Program-made: the position numbers and the translations under genes
From: an uncultured Syntrophomonadaceae bacterium
GTDB lineage: Bacteria > Bacillota > Dethiobacteria > DTU022
Assembly (NCBI GenBank): GCA_964585925.1
Contig: CAZPFS010000002.1
Coordinates: forward strand, 30,590 to 94,589
Direction of reading: 5' to 3'
DNA length: 64,000 bases
Shown here: positions 46,562 through 56,103 of the stretch, piece after piece
Layout: each line of letters opens with the position of its first letter
Numbering within the stretch: the first letter of the stretch is position 1
The notes under the pieces: generated by a model
The model's database searches: none
What the model was told of the DNA's origin: nothing
Seen by the model: the letters and a program-made list of their open reading frames with translations, nothing else

Positions 46562-48097
46562 TTGGGCATCAATGTACCGTTTACTATCCTTGCGCTGCTG
46601 GCCGGCGTTGGTTTAGGTTATATTATCCGGAAGTACCTGGCAGAGGCTCGTATTATTTCAGCGGAAGAGGCGGCCAAAAATATTATTGAACAAGCCAAGA
46701 GCGAAGCCTTGGCAGTCAAACGAGAGAAAGCGCTTGAGGCCAAGGAAGAGATGCACCGGCTGCGCAATGAACTGGAAAAAGAAAACCGTGAAAGACGATC
46801 CGAAATCCAGCGGATGGAACGCCGGTTAATGCAAAAAGAGGAGTCCCTGGACCGAAAAATTGTCAACGCGGAGAAAAAAGAAGAGGATCTGAAAAAAAAG
46901 GAAGAAGAAAACATAAAGGTGCGGGACAAATTGTCCGAGTTGTACCGGCAGCAACAATCCCTGCTGGAACAGATATCCGGAATGAGCTCGGAGGAGGCAA
47001 AGGAGCAACTGCTTCAGCGCATAAAATCAGAGATCACCCATGAAATGGCGATGATGGTGAAAGATATTGAAACCCAGGCCAAAAATGAGGGTGACAAGAA
47101 AGCCCGTGAAATAATTACCATGGCCATCCAAAGATGTGCCGCGGATCATGTTTCGGAGTCAACAGTATCGGTGGTTTCCCTTCCCAATGATGAGATGAAA
47201 GGAAGGATCATCGGCCGAGAGGGGCGCAATATCAGGGCTCTGGAAACCCTTACCGGGATTGATTTGATAATTGACGATACACCGGAGGCGGTTATCCTGT
47301 CGGGATTTGATCCGGTTCGAAGAGAAATCGCCCGGGTTTCCCTGGAACGGCTGGTAAGCGACGGCCGGATACATCCCGCCAGGATTGAGGAAATCGTGGA
47401 AAAAACCCGTAAAGAGGTAGAGGCCCAAATAAGGGAAGAGGGAGAACGGGCCACCTTTGAAACCGGTGTTCACGGACTTCATCCTGAACTGATGATCTGT
47501 TTGGGAAAATTACGCTTCCGCACCAGTTACGGCCAGAACGTATTGCAGCATTCCATTGAAGTAGCCCAATTGGCGGCGGTGATGGCTGCCGAATTGGGGC
47601 TCGATGTTAATTTCGCCAAACGTGCCGGTTTGCTGCACGATATTGGCAAGGCGGTAGATCATGAGATAGAAGGCTCCCACGCCCAGACCGGCGCCGAGAT
47701 GGCTAAAAGGTTCCGCGAATCTTCGGAAATTGTGAACGCCATTGCCGCACACCACGGTGATGTGGATTTTCAAACCATGGAGGCGGTGCTGATCCAGTCT
47801 GCCGACGCCATTTCCGCCGCTCGTCCGGGGGCACGAAGGGAAACCCTGGAATCTTATATAAAACGGCTGGAAAAGCTGGAGGAAATCGCCGATTCCTTTG
47901 AAGGGGTAGATAAGGCCTACGCCATTCAGGCCGGACGTGAAATAAGAATTATGGTCAAGCCCGAAAAAATCGATGATTATGCCTCTGTTCAGGTAGCCCG
48001 GGATATAGTGAAAAAGATTGAAAGCGAATTGGAATATCCGGGACAGATCAAGGTAACCGTAATCCGGGAGACCAGAGCGGTAAGCTATGCCAAATAA
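46562..48097 (+). CDS. rny: ribonuclease Y
   Basis: N-terminal TM, long coiled-coil, KH domain ([15 protein letters not shown]), HD domain ([17 protein letters not shown]...LLHDIGK). 511 aa. Confidence 0.9.
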   Translation: MGINVPFTILALLAGVGLGYIIRKYLAEARIISAEEAAKNIIEQAKSEALAVKREKALEAKEEMHRLRNELEKENRERRSEIQRMERRLMQKEESLDRKIVNAEKKEEDLKKKEEENIKVRDKLSELYRQQQSLLEQISGMSSEEAKEQLLQRIKSEITHEMAMMVKDIETQAKNEGDKKAREIITMAIQRCAADHVSESTVSVVSLPNDEMKGRIIGREGRNIRALETLTGIDLIIDDTPEAVILSGFDPVRREIARVSLERLVSDGRIHPARIEEIVEKTRKEVEAQIREEGERATFETGVHGLHPELMICLGKLRFRTSYGQNVLQHSIEVAQLAAVMAAELGLDVNFAKRAGLLHDIGKAVDHEIEGSHAQTGAEMAKRFRESSEIVNAIAAHHGDVDFQTMEAVLIQSADAISAARPGARRETLESYIKRLEKLEEIADSFEGVDKAYAIQAGREIRIMVKPEKIDDYASVQVARDIVKKIESELEYPGQIKVTVIRETRAVSYAK

Positions 48098-48100
48098 CTA

Positions 48101-48228
48101 GGTATGGGGACAGTTCTGCAAGATCCAAGGTATGGGGACAGTTCTGCAAGATCCAAGGTATGGGGACAGTTCTGCAAGATAGAACTGTCCCCGATCTCCC
48201 CGATCTCCCCGATCTCTCCGATGACCCC
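48101..48228. repeat. tandem 28-nt direct repeats ending in a perfect 12-bp hairpin, followed by 9-mer CCCCGATCT-type repeats
   Basis: GGTATGGGGACAGTTCTGCAAGATCCAA occurs at 48101-48128 and 48129-48156. A partial third copy at 48157-48180 pairs with AGAACTGTCCCC at 48181-48192. After that come GATCTCCCC, GATCTCCCC, GATCTCTCC and GATGACCCC in a row. Confidence 0.8.
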
Positions 48229-48260
48229 GGTGCATCCCCGATATGTCTTCCATGGTAGAA

Positions 48261-48283
48261 AGTGCCCGCGGGCACTTTTTTTT
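48261..48283 (+). terminator. rho-independent terminator after rny and the repeat block
   Basis: AGTGCCCGCGGGCACT palindromic stem followed by TTTTTTT. Confidence 0.7.
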
Positions 48284-48359
48284 ACATATTTAAAAGAAGG
48301 TATTTTCTGACCCTCTATCGAATAAAATAATTTACCATTTTTGGGTTGGAGGGTATTAA

Positions 48360-48872
48360 GTGATAACGGCAAACCACGAGGATACATACCGGATAAATTT
48401 AATTGTAGGGTTTTTGATGCAATTCCCGGAAATATTTACAGTAAATTATGATCTGGAGAGTTCGTCTTATTGCTTTGCTTTTATGATCAGAAAAAAAATA
48501 TCATCAGGCCAATACCGCAGGTTCTGCAAGGATTTTATGGAAATCTGGGACAGCTATTGTTATTTTTCAAAAAGAGAACTTTCAGAATTCAAAATTCGCA
48601 AACATTACTGCTATGAATTCACCCGGTTGGATCTTTTTTTTGCCAGGGAAAATTTGAGCAGCGAGGAGGTGAGTCTGGTTAACAATTTTGTCAAAGACAA
48701 ATTTGGCGAAAACCTGATCAGCGATTACCGGGAAGGAGATTCAAACTTGTTTACTGATTACAGGCAAACTGATGACGATTACCTGGAATTTCTTCTGATT
48801 CAGGGAGAAAAAAGACCAAACGCATTGTTCGCATTTCGCGAGTCGGGAAAGGTATATGTGTTAAACAAATAA
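48360..48872 (+). CDS. hypothetical protein, apparently low-GC
   Basis: 170-aa ORF rich in Y, F and K, with no recognisable motif. It occupies the slot where Bacillus has ymdB between rny and spoVS. Confidence 0.45.
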   Translation: MITANHEDTYRINLIVGFLMQFPEIFTVNYDLESSSYCFAFMIRKKISSGQYRRFCKDFMEIWDSYCYFSKRELSEFKIRKHYCYEFTRLDLFFARENLSSEEVSLVNNFVKDKFGENLISDYREGDSNLFTDYRQTDDDYLEFLLIQGEKRPNALFAFRESGKVYVLNK

Positions 48873-49110
48873 GGGCAATCATAAAATTAAATAATAACGA
48901 GTATGCCTACCCCGTTTCCCCTAGGAATTTCCATGGTTCTAGATAAAAACCAGGCATTTTTTGATACGTTAACCTTTATGAGCATGTAATCTTCTTCGTA
49001 AAGATGGAATATTTTAAAATATAACCGATATGGAATAATTCAGGAAGGATTGTGAGCCTTAAAACACGAACAGTATTCAAGTAAAATGTTTAAGGGGGTA
49101 CATATGGTTT

Positions 49111-49371
49111 ATGGAAGTATTAAAGGTTTCAGCAAAATCTAATCCGAATTCTGTGGCCGGCGCCTTGGCAGGTGTATTGCGTGAACGGGGTGGAGCAGAA
49201 ATACAGACAATCGGGGCAGGTGCGCTCAATCAAGCAGTAAAGGCAGTAGCTATAGCCAGAGGGTTCGTGGCACCGGGAGGAATTGATCTGATTTGTGTTC
49301 CGGCTTTTACAGATATTATGATTGATGGTGAGGAAAGGACTGCCATAAAACTGATTATACAACCCCGTTAA
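49111..49371 (+). CDS. spoVS: stage V sporulation protein S
   Basis: MEVLKVSAKSNPNSVAGALAGVLRERGGAEIQTIGAGALNQAVKAVAIARGF... is near-identical to B. subtilis SpoVS. 86 aa. Confidence 0.9.
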   Translation: MEVLKVSAKSNPNSVAGALAGVLRERGGAEIQTIGAGALNQAVKAVAIARGFVAPGGIDLICVPAFTDIMIDGEERTAIKLIIQPR

Positions 49372-49414
49372 ACTGCTGTGATTATCATGAGATTATATTA
49401 TGCGAGCAATTATT

Positions 49415-49447
49415 ACACCCTTGACCACACTCAGGGGTGTTTTTTTT
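49415..49447 (+). terminator. rho-independent terminator after spoVS
   Basis: ACACCC-13 nt-GGGGTGT stem followed by TTTTTTTT. Confidence 0.6.
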
Positions 49448-49472
49448 ATGAATAGGAGGGTAATATTGAACT

Positions 49473-50438
49473 ATGGAAAATACTTGCCCCGAACATTTTA
49501 TCGCCGACTCCCACTGCGATACCCTGCGGTTGACGAACAGTGAGGGCTATAATTTTACGCTGCACAATGACTGCGCCCATATTGACCTGCCGCGGCTCAG
49601 GGCCGGGAAAGTAAACCTCATGTTTTTTGCAGTATGTACCGCCCCTTACTGCCAACCCGGTTCATATCTTTACAATTCGATGATCTACATTCGAAACTAT
49701 CACCGCCTTTTGAATCAGAACAGAGAACAGTTGCTGGCCCTGGAAAACAGTGACGATCTTGAACCGAACAAACAAAATAACAGGATATACTGCCTGCTTT
49801 CCCTGGAAGGTGCGGAACCCCTGGAGGATTGCCCGGATAATCTGGAGATATTTTTCAGATTGGGAGTGCGCTGCGTCTCATTAACCTGGAACAGCCGAAA
49901 CATGTTTGCCGATGGAGTCGGAGAAAATGCCGCCGGAAGCGGTTTGACCAGTTTGGGACGGCGTCTTCTGGAAAGAATGTCCGCACTCGGGATTATACTG
50001 GATCTGGCTCATCTGTCGCCACGCTGTTTTGACGAAGCCCTGGATCAGTCAGCGAGACCGCCCCTGGTATCTCATGCCAATTCCCACAAAATGTGCAATC
50101 ACCCCCGTAATTTAACCGATGAACAGGTCAAAGCAGTGGCCTCAAAGGGGGGGGTTATCGGTTTGAGTTTCAACGCACCGTTTGTTTCCGGAAATAAGAC
50201 CGCCACCCTGAGTCAGTTGGCCGATCACTATGTTCACCTGGCGGAGGTGGCCGGAACATCCCATTTGGCTATCGGCTCCGATTTTGACGGCACGGAATAC
50301 CCGGTAGAACAATTATCTGATGCCTCTTGCTACGGCAACCTGTTGATGTCGCTATATGACCGGGGCTTTTCCCCGGCGGACATCGATCTAATTGCCGGTG
50401 GAAATCTGAGGAGGATTATTAAGGCCAATTTAAAATGA
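49473..50438 (+). CDS. membrane dipeptidase (peptidase M19 family)
   Basis: IADSHCDTL N-terminal metal-binding motif. DLAHLS and GSDFDG segments are typical of renal-dipeptidase-like enzymes. Confidence 0.8.
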   Translation: MENTCPEHFIADSHCDTLRLTNSEGYNFTLHNDCAHIDLPRLRAGKVNLMFFAVCTAPYCQPGSYLYNSMIYIRNYHRLLNQNREQLLALENSDDLEPNKQNNRIYCLLSLEGAEPLEDCPDNLEIFFRLGVRCVSLTWNSRNMFADGVGENAAGSGLTSLGRRLLERMSALGIILDLAHLSPRCFDEALDQSARPPLVSHANSHKMCNHPRNLTDEQVKAVASKGGVIGLSFNAPFVSGNKTATLSQLADHYVHLAEVAGTSHLAIGSDFDGTEYPVEQLSDASCYGNLLMSLYDRGFSPADIDLIAGGNLRRIIKANLK

Positions 50439-51277
50439 ACAATCGTGAACTATGGACAGTGGATTTGCATGCCCACACAAACTATTCGGATGGATTTTAT
50501 CCCCCCGGCGAGTTGGTATCCATGAGTGCGCGGCGGGGCCTCAAGGCACTGGCCGTGACCGATCATGATACCATGGATGGTGTTCCGGAGGCACTTGCCG
50601 CCGGGCGGCACTTGGGGATCGAGGTGGTGCCGGGGGTGGAGATAGGCGCGGTTTTCCGGGGAGGGGAGCTGCACCTGCTCGGCTATTATCCTGTTCGGAA
50701 CAGTGATCTTTTGTTGTTCTTGAAGCTGATGAAAAATGAACGTTTTCAGAGGGCCCGTAAAATATTACAGAGGCTTAAAAGTTTGGGGATAAATGTAAGC
50801 AAGGAGGAAATCGCCCGGGAGTCATACCCGGCTTCTCCGGGCAGACTGCATTTCGCCAGAGTATTGCTTAGAAGAAATTTTGTGGCTACGGTGGAAGAGG
50901 CGTTTAATCGGTTCCTGGGAGAAGGGGGTACCGCTTTTTTTGCCCGCAAACTTTTTCCGGTAGAAAAGGTGTTGCACATTCTGCACCAATCAGGTGCGGT
51001 CAGTGTTCTGGCTCATCCCGGCTTGATCAAACATGCCCCGGTGGAAGAAATATTATCCCTGGGAGTGAAGGGCCTGGAGGTATTTTACCCCGGCCATAGC
51101 AATTCACAACAGCATGATTTTCTGCAAATGGCCGTAGATCAAAACCTGCTGATCACCGGAGGTTCAGACTACCATGGCGGGCCGCAAAGCAAGGTCACCC
51201 ATCCCGGTTATACTGCCATAAGCTACCGCTACCTTTTGCGGTTGCAGGAGGCAGCGGGCTCCATTGACCGGGAATAG
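50435..51277 (+). CDS. PHP-domain phosphoesterase
   Basis: VDLHAHTNYSDG start, then VTDHD and GGSDYHG metal-binding motifs. ATGA overlap with the dipeptidase gene. Confidence 0.75.
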   Translation: MNNRELWTVDLHAHTNYSDGFYPPGELVSMSARRGLKALAVTDHDTMDGVPEALAAGRHLGIEVVPGVEIGAVFRGGELHLLGYYPVRNSDLLLFLKLMKNERFQRARKILQRLKSLGINVSKEEIARESYPASPGRLHFARVLLRRNFVATVEEAFNRFLGEGGTAFFARKLFPVEKVLHILHQSGAVSVLAHPGLIKHAPVEEILSLGVKGLEVFYPGHSNSQQHDFLQMAVDQNLLITGGSDYHGGPQSKVTHPGYTAISYRYLLRLQEAAGSIDRE

Positions 51278-51433
51278 GTCTTGATTCATAAGACTCGCGG
51301 GGTATGTATATGCATATGTCCACAAAACTTGTGCATATATTTGTAGTATTCTAACAAGGAAGCCCCCTTTATAAACAAAAAATAATATGATACAATAAGC
51401 ATTGGTTCGGCTTTCAATATTTATAGAAGAGGA

Positions 51434-51841
51434 GTGCGCATTTTGGACAGGTCGGTAATTGCATTTCAGGTGGTCACCTTGGGGATGGGAGTTACGCTTG
51501 TAGCCCTATTTTTGTTGTACGCAATATTAAGTGTTTTCGGACGGGTATTTCAAAAAAAAAATGCACCTGAACTAAAAGGCTCATCCCCGGCAAGGCCGGC
51601 GGTATTGGTTGAATCTTCAACTTCAGGCACTGATCGCAGGATAGTAGCTGCAATTGTAGGCGCCGTCAGCCCGCTACTCCTCGACAGACAATCAAAACAC
51701 CCTTTTAAAATCAGCATTAACCCCTTGGGTGAGGTTGCCCCGACCGCCAAAGCCTGGGTGCTGAACGGAAGAAAAGATTTAATGACCGGGGCTTTAAAAC
51801 TAGCAGCAATAAGAAGGAGAGGTAGATATGCGGAAATTTAA
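51434..51841 (+). CDS. sodium-pump decarboxylase gamma-subunit-like (OadG family) protein
   Basis: Single N-terminal TM (VVTLGMGVTLVALFLLYAIL) typical of OadG. Positioned before the biotin carrier and beta subunit. Confidence 0.55.
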   Translation: MRILDRSVIAFQVVTLGMGVTLVALFLLYAILSVFGRVFQKKNAPELKGSSPARPAVLVESSTSGTDRRIVAAIVGAVSPLLLDRQSKHPFKISINPLGEVAPTAKAWVLNGRKDLMTGALKLAAIRRRGRYAEI

Positions 51842-52241
51842 AGTAACTGTAGAAGGACAGATATACGAAGTCGCGGTTGAAGAAATCTCGGCACAAACTA
51901 CAACTGCCGCTCAACCGTCAATTGTAAACAATCAACCGGCGCCGGAAGCAACTCAAAAAACGACGGTTATGAACAGTCCGGTTTCTTCCCCGCCGGCCAG
52001 AGAAAAAGAAAGTACGGACCGCGCCGGCGGATCTGTGGTTCCCGCCCCCATGCCGGGCTCAATCATAGAAGTGCGGGTTAAAACAGGAGATGCCGTATCA
52101 CCGGGAGATGTGCTGTTGATACTGGAAGCAATGAAAATGGAAAATGAAATAACTTCACCGGTAAAAGGAACCGTCACCAAAATAACGATCAAAGGCGGCG
52201 ATACGGTCAATTCAGGCGATCCCCTGGTTTACATTGAATAG
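51828..52241 (+). CDS. biotin carboxyl carrier / biotinyl-domain subunit
   Basis: C-terminal biotinyl domain with the EAMKM motif. A Pro/Ala-rich linker. 137 aa. Confidence 0.75.
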   Translation: MRKFKVTVEGQIYEVAVEEISAQTTTAAQPSIVNNQPAPEATQKTTVMNSPVSSPPAREKESTDRAGGSVVPAPMPGSIIEVRVKTGDAVSPGDVLLILEAMKMENEITSPVKGTVTKITIKGGDTVNSGDPLVYIE

Positions 52242-52289
52242 CCGTTTACCTGCCACAAAGAGCAAGGATGCAGCAAGGAGGAAAGACTG

Positions 52290-53420
52290 TTGGGAAGTCT
52301 AGTCTGGGAATTTATTCAAACTACCGGTTTTTATAACCTTACATTGTATGAAGGCATCATGATTGCCATTGCTTTTTTATTGCTTTATCTGGGTATTGTT
52401 AAAGGCTATGAGCCGCTGCTGATGGTCCCCATAGCCTTTGGTATGCTGCTGGTTAACCTCCCCCTGGGAGGGCTGCTGGAAGGGCCGGTGGGTGAACAGG
52501 CCGGGGGGTTGCTTTATTATTTGTCGCAGGGTATCCACCTGGGTATTTTCCCGCCCCTCATATTTCTGGGTATAGGGGCCATGACTGATTTCGGGCCGCT
52601 GATTGCCAACCCGGTGACCTTAGTGTTGGGGGCAGCGGCACAACTGGGAATATTCACTACCTTTTTGGGAGCATTTTACCTGGGATTTACTCCCTCCCAA
52701 TGCGGATCCATCGGAATTATCGGAGGCGCCGACGGTCCTACCGCCATTTTTGTAACCAGCAAGCTGGCTCCGGAGTTGATGGGCGCCATAGCCATTGCCG
52801 CCTATTCCTATATGGCCCTGGTGCCGATCATCCAGCCTCCAATTATGAAATTGCTCACCACCAAAAAAGAACGGGAAACGGTGATGCAACAGCTGAGGCC
52901 CGTTTCCAAGACCGAAAAGATTATATTTCCGATAGTGGTAATGATAATTACCGGGATGCTGGTTCCTTCGGCCATGCCTTTGTTGGGGATGTTGATGTTC
53001 GGCAACCTGCTTCGGGAGTGCGGGGTGGTGGATCGGTTGAGCAAGACCGCCCAGAATGAATTGATGAATATAGTGGTTATCTTTTTGGGGATATCGGTTG
53101 GGGCAAAAGCTACCGCGGAATATTTTCTGAGAACGGATACCATAATGATCATTTTCCTTGGGCTGGCCGCCTTTGCCGTGGGCACGGCCGGCGGGGTCCT
53201 GATGGGGAAATTGCTGTACGTAATCACCGGAGGCAAGGTCAATCCGCTGATCGGTTCTGCCGGTGTATCTGCAGTTCCCATGGCCGCCCGGGTTTCGCAA
53301 GCGGTGGGCAAGGAAGCCAACCCCAACAACTATCTGTTAATGCATGCCATGGGTCCCAATGTGGCCGGCGTTATCGGTTCTGCCGTAGCGGCAGGGATTT
53401 TGTTGTCAATTCTGGGATAG
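52290..53420 (+). CDS. Na+-translocating decarboxylase beta subunit (OadB/MmdB/GcdB family)
   Basis: Polytopic 376-aa membrane protein. Its conserved N-terminus and length are typical of the beta subunits. TTG start. Confidence 0.8.
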   Translation: MGSLVWEFIQTTGFYNLTLYEGIMIAIAFLLLYLGIVKGYEPLLMVPIAFGMLLVNLPLGGLLEGPVGEQAGGLLYYLSQGIHLGIFPPLIFLGIGAMTDFGPLIANPVTLVLGAAAQLGIFTTFLGAFYLGFTPSQCGSIGIIGGADGPTAIFVTSKLAPELMGAIAIAAYSYMALVPIIQPPIMKLLTTKKERETVMQQLRPVSKTEKIIFPIVVMIITGMLVPSAMPLLGMLMFGNLLRECGVVDRLSKTAQNELMNIVVIFLGISVGAKATAEYFLRTDTIMIIFLGLAAFAVGTAGGVLMGKLLYVITGGKVNPLIGSAGVSAVPMAARVSQAVGKEANPNNYLLMHAMGPNVAGVIGSAVAAGILLSILG

Positions 53421-53625
53421 ATTCCCGCTAAAAATAAACTGCCTGGAAATGAAAGAGCCCCATCCCGAGGCGCAGTGTTCATTGCAAAATGGTCCACAAT
53501 GGACTAATTCGCCTGATGGGGCTCTACTAATAATATAACTAATAGCCGACATATTATTCCTTAAGATTGAAAAATAATTGGGAATAAAAAGGATTGCCTA
53601 TTTGACTGCCAGGAAGGAGGTACAT

Positions 53626-54390
53626 ATGGATACCGGTACCGGTTACCGGAATAAAATTAAGGCATTGGCCGGTTTAATCAATAATTGCTGCAAGGTCTAT
53701 GCTCTTACCGGTGCGGGGTGCAGTACGGAAAGCGGCCTGCCCGATTTTCGCAGCCCCGGCACCGGCCTGTGGGAAAAGGTAGATCCATTGGAATATTCCA
53801 CCTCACAGGTGCTTTACAATGATCCGGTTTCTTTTTATAAATTTGGTTTCCCCCGGTTTAAACAGTTGAGCCTGGCCCGGCCCAATAAGGGTCACCATGC
53901 GCTGGCGGAGCTGGAGAAGTTGGGTTTTATCAAAGGCCTGATCACCCAAAATATTGATGGGCTGCACTATAAAGCAGGATCTAAGCGAATTTGGGAAGTG
54001 CACGGCCACCTGCGTACCGCCACTTGCACCGCCTGCGGCGCAAGCCATGCTTTCAGGACTTTGGTTGGCAAACTGGATTCGGGGGAAATTCCTCCCCGCT
54101 GTTCCTGCCGGGGATTGATCCGTCCAGATATAGTTTTATTCGGCGACTCCATGGCCGAACCTTATTTCGAGGCGGAACAGGTCCTAGGGGCCGGATGTGA
54201 CCTTCTGTTGGCGATAGGAACCAGTCTCAGCGTATACCCTGTAGCCGGACTGCCCCGCCTGGCCAGTCAGCTGGGGATCATAAATTTGCAGCCCACCCCC
54301 TATGACCGGGAAGCGGCGGTGGTGATCACCGAAAAGATATCCATCGTTTTAGGTGATCTGCTGGGTGAACTCAGGGGAGAAAATAGATAA
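53626..54390 (+). CDS. cobB: NAD-dependent protein deacylase (Sir2/CobB family)
   Basis: GAGCSTESGLPDFR and TQNIDGLH motifs, and a CxxC...CxC zinc ribbon. Start at the internal ATG after AGGAGG. Confidence 0.85.
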   Translation: MDTGTGYRNKIKALAGLINNCCKVYALTGAGCSTESGLPDFRSPGTGLWEKVDPLEYSTSQVLYNDPVSFYKFGFPRFKQLSLARPNKGHHALAELEKLGFIKGLITQNIDGLHYKAGSKRIWEVHGHLRTATCTACGASHAFRTLVGKLDSGEIPPRCSCRGLIRPDIVLFGDSMAEPYFEAEQVLGAGCDLLLAIGTSLSVYPVAGLPRLASQLGIINLQPTPYDREAAVVITEKISIVLGDLLGELRGENR

Positions 54391-54448
54391 TTTATCCCGG
54401 TTATGATATATTACAATCAATAAACATTTAAGGCAGGAGCGAGCTATA

Positions 54449-55891
54449 TTGCCCACAACCAGAGTGAGATTTGCCCCCAGCCCCACCGGCGAGCTGCATA
54501 TTGGGGGAGCCAGGACAGCTCTTTTCAATTGGCTCTATGCCCGTGCCACCGGCGGGGTGTTTGTATTGAGAATCGATGATACCGACCTGGAGCGTTCCCG
54601 CCCCGAGTTTACCCAGGGGCTCCTGGAGGCTTTAAAATGGCTGGGTCTGAATTGGGACGAGGGACCGTATTTTCAATCGGAATACCTGGAAGGATACCGG
54701 CGTGAGATAGATCGCCTGATCTCGGAGGGAAAGGCCTATCGGTGTTACTGCCGCGAAGAGGAACTGAAGACCGGCAGGGAACAGGCCCGCCGAGAAAAGA
54801 GAGCCTATGTATATCCCGGAAAATGCCGCGATCTGACCCCGGATCAGGAAAAACTCCTGGTACAGGAAGGCCGGAAAGCGGTGGTCCGGCTCAAGGTTCC
54901 CGGGAGTGGAGAGACGGTGGTGGCCGACAAGATCCGCGGTGAGGTGCACTTCGAGAACAGCACCCTGGACGACTTCATCATCATGAAATCAAACGGCCTG
55001 CCCACCTACAACTTCGCCAGTGTGGTTGACGATGAGCGGCTGAACATCACCGATGTGATCCGGGCCGAAGAACATCTCCCCAATACTCCCCGCCAACAGC
55101 TCTGTGCCCTGGCCCTGGGATACCGGCTCCCCAGATATGCCCATGTTCCCATGATCCTAGCCCCGGACCGCAGCAAATTGAGCAAACGGCACGGAGCCAC
55201 CTCGGTAGAACAATTCCGGGCAGAAGGGTTTTTGCCGGAAGCCCTGGTCAACTATATGACTTTGTTGGGATGGTCGCCCGAAGGGGATGAATTTTTCTCG
55301 GCGGCAGATGTGGCCGGCCGGTTCAAACTGGACCGGGTAAACAAAACTGCGGCAATCTACGATACGGCTAAACTGACCTGGATCAACGGCCATTACCTGC
55401 GGGAAGGCGACCTGGAGCGCATCATCGGCTTCGCCCGGCCCTTCTTCCTGAAAGAGGGGCTGCTTGAAAAAGAGCCGGGCCGGGAGGAGACTGAATATCT
55501 GACACAGGTTGTTAATCTGGTTCGCCAGAGGGAAAAAACCCTGCTGGATCTGGCCCGGGCCTCGACCTATTTTTTCCGGGATGAACTGGCCTATGATCGG
55601 CAGGGGGAGGAAAAGTATTTTCGGATGGAGGGAGCCTCCAGAGTTCTTCGACTGCTTGCGGGCCCTTTAACTGCTCTTTCCGATTGTGACCCGGATGTCT
55701 TTGCCCGAAATCTCAAGGAGTTGGGCGCCGAATTGAAACTCCCCTCCGGTAAAATGATGCCCCTGTTACGGCTGTCTGTTTCGGGGCGTACCACGGGACC
55801 AGAACTATTCGAAATCATGGCGGTGCTTGGGCCGCAAAAGGTCGTCCAAAGGCTGTTGACCGCGGCTGCTTATATTGACAAAAACTATTGA
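54449..55891 (+). CDS. gltX: glutamate--tRNA ligase
   Basis: RFAPSPTGELHIGGARTA (HIGH motif) and KLSKRHG (KMSKS motif). 480 aa. TTG start. Confidence 0.9.
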   Translation: MPTTRVRFAPSPTGELHIGGARTALFNWLYARATGGVFVLRIDDTDLERSRPEFTQGLLEALKWLGLNWDEGPYFQSEYLEGYRREIDRLISEGKAYRCYCREEELKTGREQARREKRAYVYPGKCRDLTPDQEKLLVQEGRKAVVRLKVPGSGETVVADKIRGEVHFENSTLDDFIIMKSNGLPTYNFASVVDDERLNITDVIRAEEHLPNTPRQQLCALALGYRLPRYAHVPMILAPDRSKLSKRHGATSVEQFRAEGFLPEALVNYMTLLGWSPEGDEFFSAADVAGRFKLDRVNKTAAIYDTAKLTWINGHYLREGDLERIIGFARPFFLKEGLLEKEPGREETEYLTQVVNLVRQREKTLLDLARASTYFFRDELAYDRQGEEKYFRMEGASRVLRLLAGPLTALSDCDPDVFARNLKELGAELKLPSGKMMPLLRLSVSGRTTGPELFEIMAVLGPQKVVQRLLTAAAYIDKNY

Positions 55892-56103
55892 CTTTGTCCG
55901 CCTTCATCGTTAAACTTATGTTAAGTAAAGGGATGATGGCGGATCCCGGTAGCATGGTAGGAAGGGAGAGATGGCGTGACAGTGGATCTGCAGCTTTATA
56001 TGGTTGTAGGACGGTAGCAAGGCAGGTAGCGGTTTTACCCCTTGGAAGAGGGTTTTTATTTTTTTTAAGAAAAAAATTATAGAAAAAAAGTGGAGGGTCT
56101 GAT

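Noticed and set aside
48101-48228. CRISPR array
   Set aside because: The direct repeats are immediately adjacent with no spacers. The block has only about 2.9 units, and there are no cas genes in the window.
48085-48387. 100-aa minus-strand and 68-aa + strand ORFs
   Set aside because: Their sequences are generated by the tandem repeats (EIGEIGEIG, PISPISPIS). They are not genes.
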